Assembly: GCA_001695645.1 (NCBI GenBank)
Contig: LVZN01000006.1
Coordinates: 1 to 32,000 of the forward strand
Source of the DNA: Erysipelotrichaceae bacterium MTC7
Lineage (GTDB): Bacteria > Bacillota_I > Bacilli_A > Erysipelotrichales > Erysipelotrichaceae
Direction: 5' to 3'
Length of the DNA stretch: 32,000 bases
The number at the start of each line of letters is the position of its first letter. Position 1 is the first letter of the stretch. Of this stretch, positions 30,791-32,000 are shown in pieces. The notes under the pieces were generated by a model. That model ran no database searches and was not told the origin of the DNA. It was given only the letters and a program-made list of their open reading frames with translations. The translations under genes and the position numbers were made by a program.

Positions 30791-32000
30791 CTAAGCTCCA
30801 ACATGTGCTAGTGCTTGTTCAAGATCAGCAATAATATCATCCGCATTTTCAAGTCCAACAGAAATACGAACTAGATTTGCCGGAATATTTGCTGCTTCAA
30901 GTTCTTCATCGCTTAGTTGACGATGTGTTGCACTTGCTGGATGCAAGGCACAAGTTGCACTATCCGCTACATGCACTTCCATTTTGATCAGTTTTAAGTT
31001 ATCCAATAAACGAGCTGCGTCTTCACGATCTCCTTTTAAGGTAATCGAAAGCACTCCACTGCAACCTTTCGGTAAGTATTTTTGTTGTAAATCATAGTAT
31101 GCATTTGATGGCAATCCTGGGTAATTCACTGTTTCAATTTTATCGTGTTGTTCCAACCAAGTGGCAACCTTTAATGCATTTTCATAGTGTCGATCCATAC
31201 GTAGATGTAAGGTATCCATCCCTAAGTTTAGGTAAAACGAGTTTTGTGGTGAAGGTGTACAACCTAAATCACGCATCAACTGTGCAAGTGCTTTGGTAAT
31301 GTAAGCTTGTTTACCAAATGCCTTCGTGTAACTTAAACCGTGGTAGGAAGGATCTGGCTCACTAATTTGTGGGAACTTTCCATTATCCCAGTTAAAGCTT
31401 CCCCCATCAACGATACATCCACCTACAGCAACTGCGTGTCCATCAAGGTATTTTGTTGTGGAGTGCGTCACAATATCCGCACCTAGTTTCAACGGGTTAC
31501 AGAAGTATGGTGTTGGGAATGTGTTATCGACAATTAGCGGAACCTCATGATCATGTGCAAGAGTACTAAACTTTTCAAAATCCAAAACACTTAACTGTGG
31601 ATTTGCTAGCGTTTCAGCAAACACCACTTTGGTGTTATCACGCAAGTGTTTCTTTAATTCTGCTAAAGGTAAATCTTGGTCAACAAACGTTACTTCAATT
31701 CCCATCTTTTTAAGTGTATGAGCAAATAAGTTATACGTTCCTCCATAGATGTTACTACTTGAAAGAATGTGATCACCACTATGTGCGAGATTTAAAATCG
31801 CAATAAAACTTGCTGCTTGTCCACTACTTGTACATAATGCACCAACTCCACCTTCAAGCTGGGCAATGCGCTTTTCAACTGCTGCAGTGGTTGGATTGGC
31901 CAGTCTTGTATAGAAAAACCCTGGTACTTTCAAATCAAATAAATCACCAACATATTCTGTTGAGTTGTATTCAAATGTTGTACTTTGTGCAATTGGTAAA
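30791..32000 (-). CDS. metY: O-acetylhomoserine aminocarboxypropyltransferase / sulfhydrylase (PLP-dependent), 5'-partial at the window edge
   Basis: The PLP-Lys context HSTTKYLDGH is present. The frame stays open upstream of the ORF-track start (..PIAQSTTFEYNSTEYVGDLFDLKVPGFFYTRLANPT), so the N-terminus lies beyond 32000. Confidence 0.9.
   Translation of the reverse strand, partial: LPIAQSTTFEYNSTEYVGDLFDLKVPGFFYTRLANPTTAAVEKRIAQLEGGVGALCTSSGQAASFIAILNLAHSGDHILSSSNIYGGTYNLFAHTLKKMGIEVTFVDQDLPLAELKKHLRDNTKVVFAETLANPQLSVLDFEKFSTLAHDHEVPLIVDNTFPTPYFCNPLKLGADIVTHSTTKYLDGHAVAVGGCIVDGGSFNWDNGKFPQISEPDPSYHGLSYTKAFGKQAYITKALAQLMRDLGCTPSPQNSFYLNLGMDTLHLRMDRHYENALKVATWLEQHDKIETVNYPGLPSNAYYDLQQKYLPKGCSGVLSITLKGDREDAARLLDNLKLIKMEVHVADSATCALHPASATHRQLSDEELEAANIPANLVRISVGLENADDIIADLEQALAHVGA

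Noticed and set aside
1-32000. CRISPR arrays, tRNA/rRNA genes, and known defence-system signatures (restriction-modification, Abi, CBASS, retron-like msr/msd next to the RT)
   Set aside because: There are no regularly spaced short repeats and no cloverleaf-like GC-rich 75-nt blocks. The only RT is embedded in a complete group II intron RNA with domains I-VI, so it is not a retron or a defence-associated RT.

Overview
Gene-dense, low-GC Firmicutes-type chromosomal segment, transcribed mostly on the minus strand. There are no rRNA genes, tRNA genes or CRISPR arrays, and I found no recognisable defence system.

**Left third (housekeeping):**
- htpG, with a sigma-A promoter embedded in two tandem CIRCE/HrcA-type operators.
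- A MATE exporter and a radical-SAM gene; the radical-SAM gene looks leaderless.
- A Cof-type phosphatase translationally coupled to an unknown 175-aa protein.
- pcp.
- An oxidative TCA-branch cluster: citrate synthase and NAD-IDH, divergent from aconitase.

**Middle:**
- A mannose-family PTS (IIA-IIB-IIC-IID) divergent from deoC, next to a GntR/HutC regulator.
- A TTACATAT/ATATGTAA motif marks both the regulator's own promoter (as a perfect 22-bp palindrome) and the PTS/deoC control region.
- A small GNAT and an intact cold-shock gene follow.

**Accessory island (most interesting region):**
- It is about 11.7 kb and lies immediately downstream of csp.
- It is bracketed by a roughly 79-bp direct repeat of the csp 3' end: the intact gene at 16550-16628 and a frameshifted remnant at 28343-28420.
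- Gene content: a PRD/EIIA-type regulator, a ketose-3-epimerase-like TIM barrel, a class II aldolase, a fructose-family PTS IIA/IIB/IIC, a bicupin, RpiB, DhaK/DhaL and a HAD phosphatase.
- It has no sugar-phosphate kinase and no DhaM.
- A class-C-like group II intron (about 1.9 kb) sits just after the regulator's terminator hairpin. Its RT/maturase frame carries an in-frame stop.

**Right end:** a neutral-ceramidase-like protein, metA, and a 5'-partial O-acetylhomoserine sulfhydrylase.

Functional calls rest on motif-level reading of the translated ORFs and on sequence signals that I located by hand. No database search was possible.
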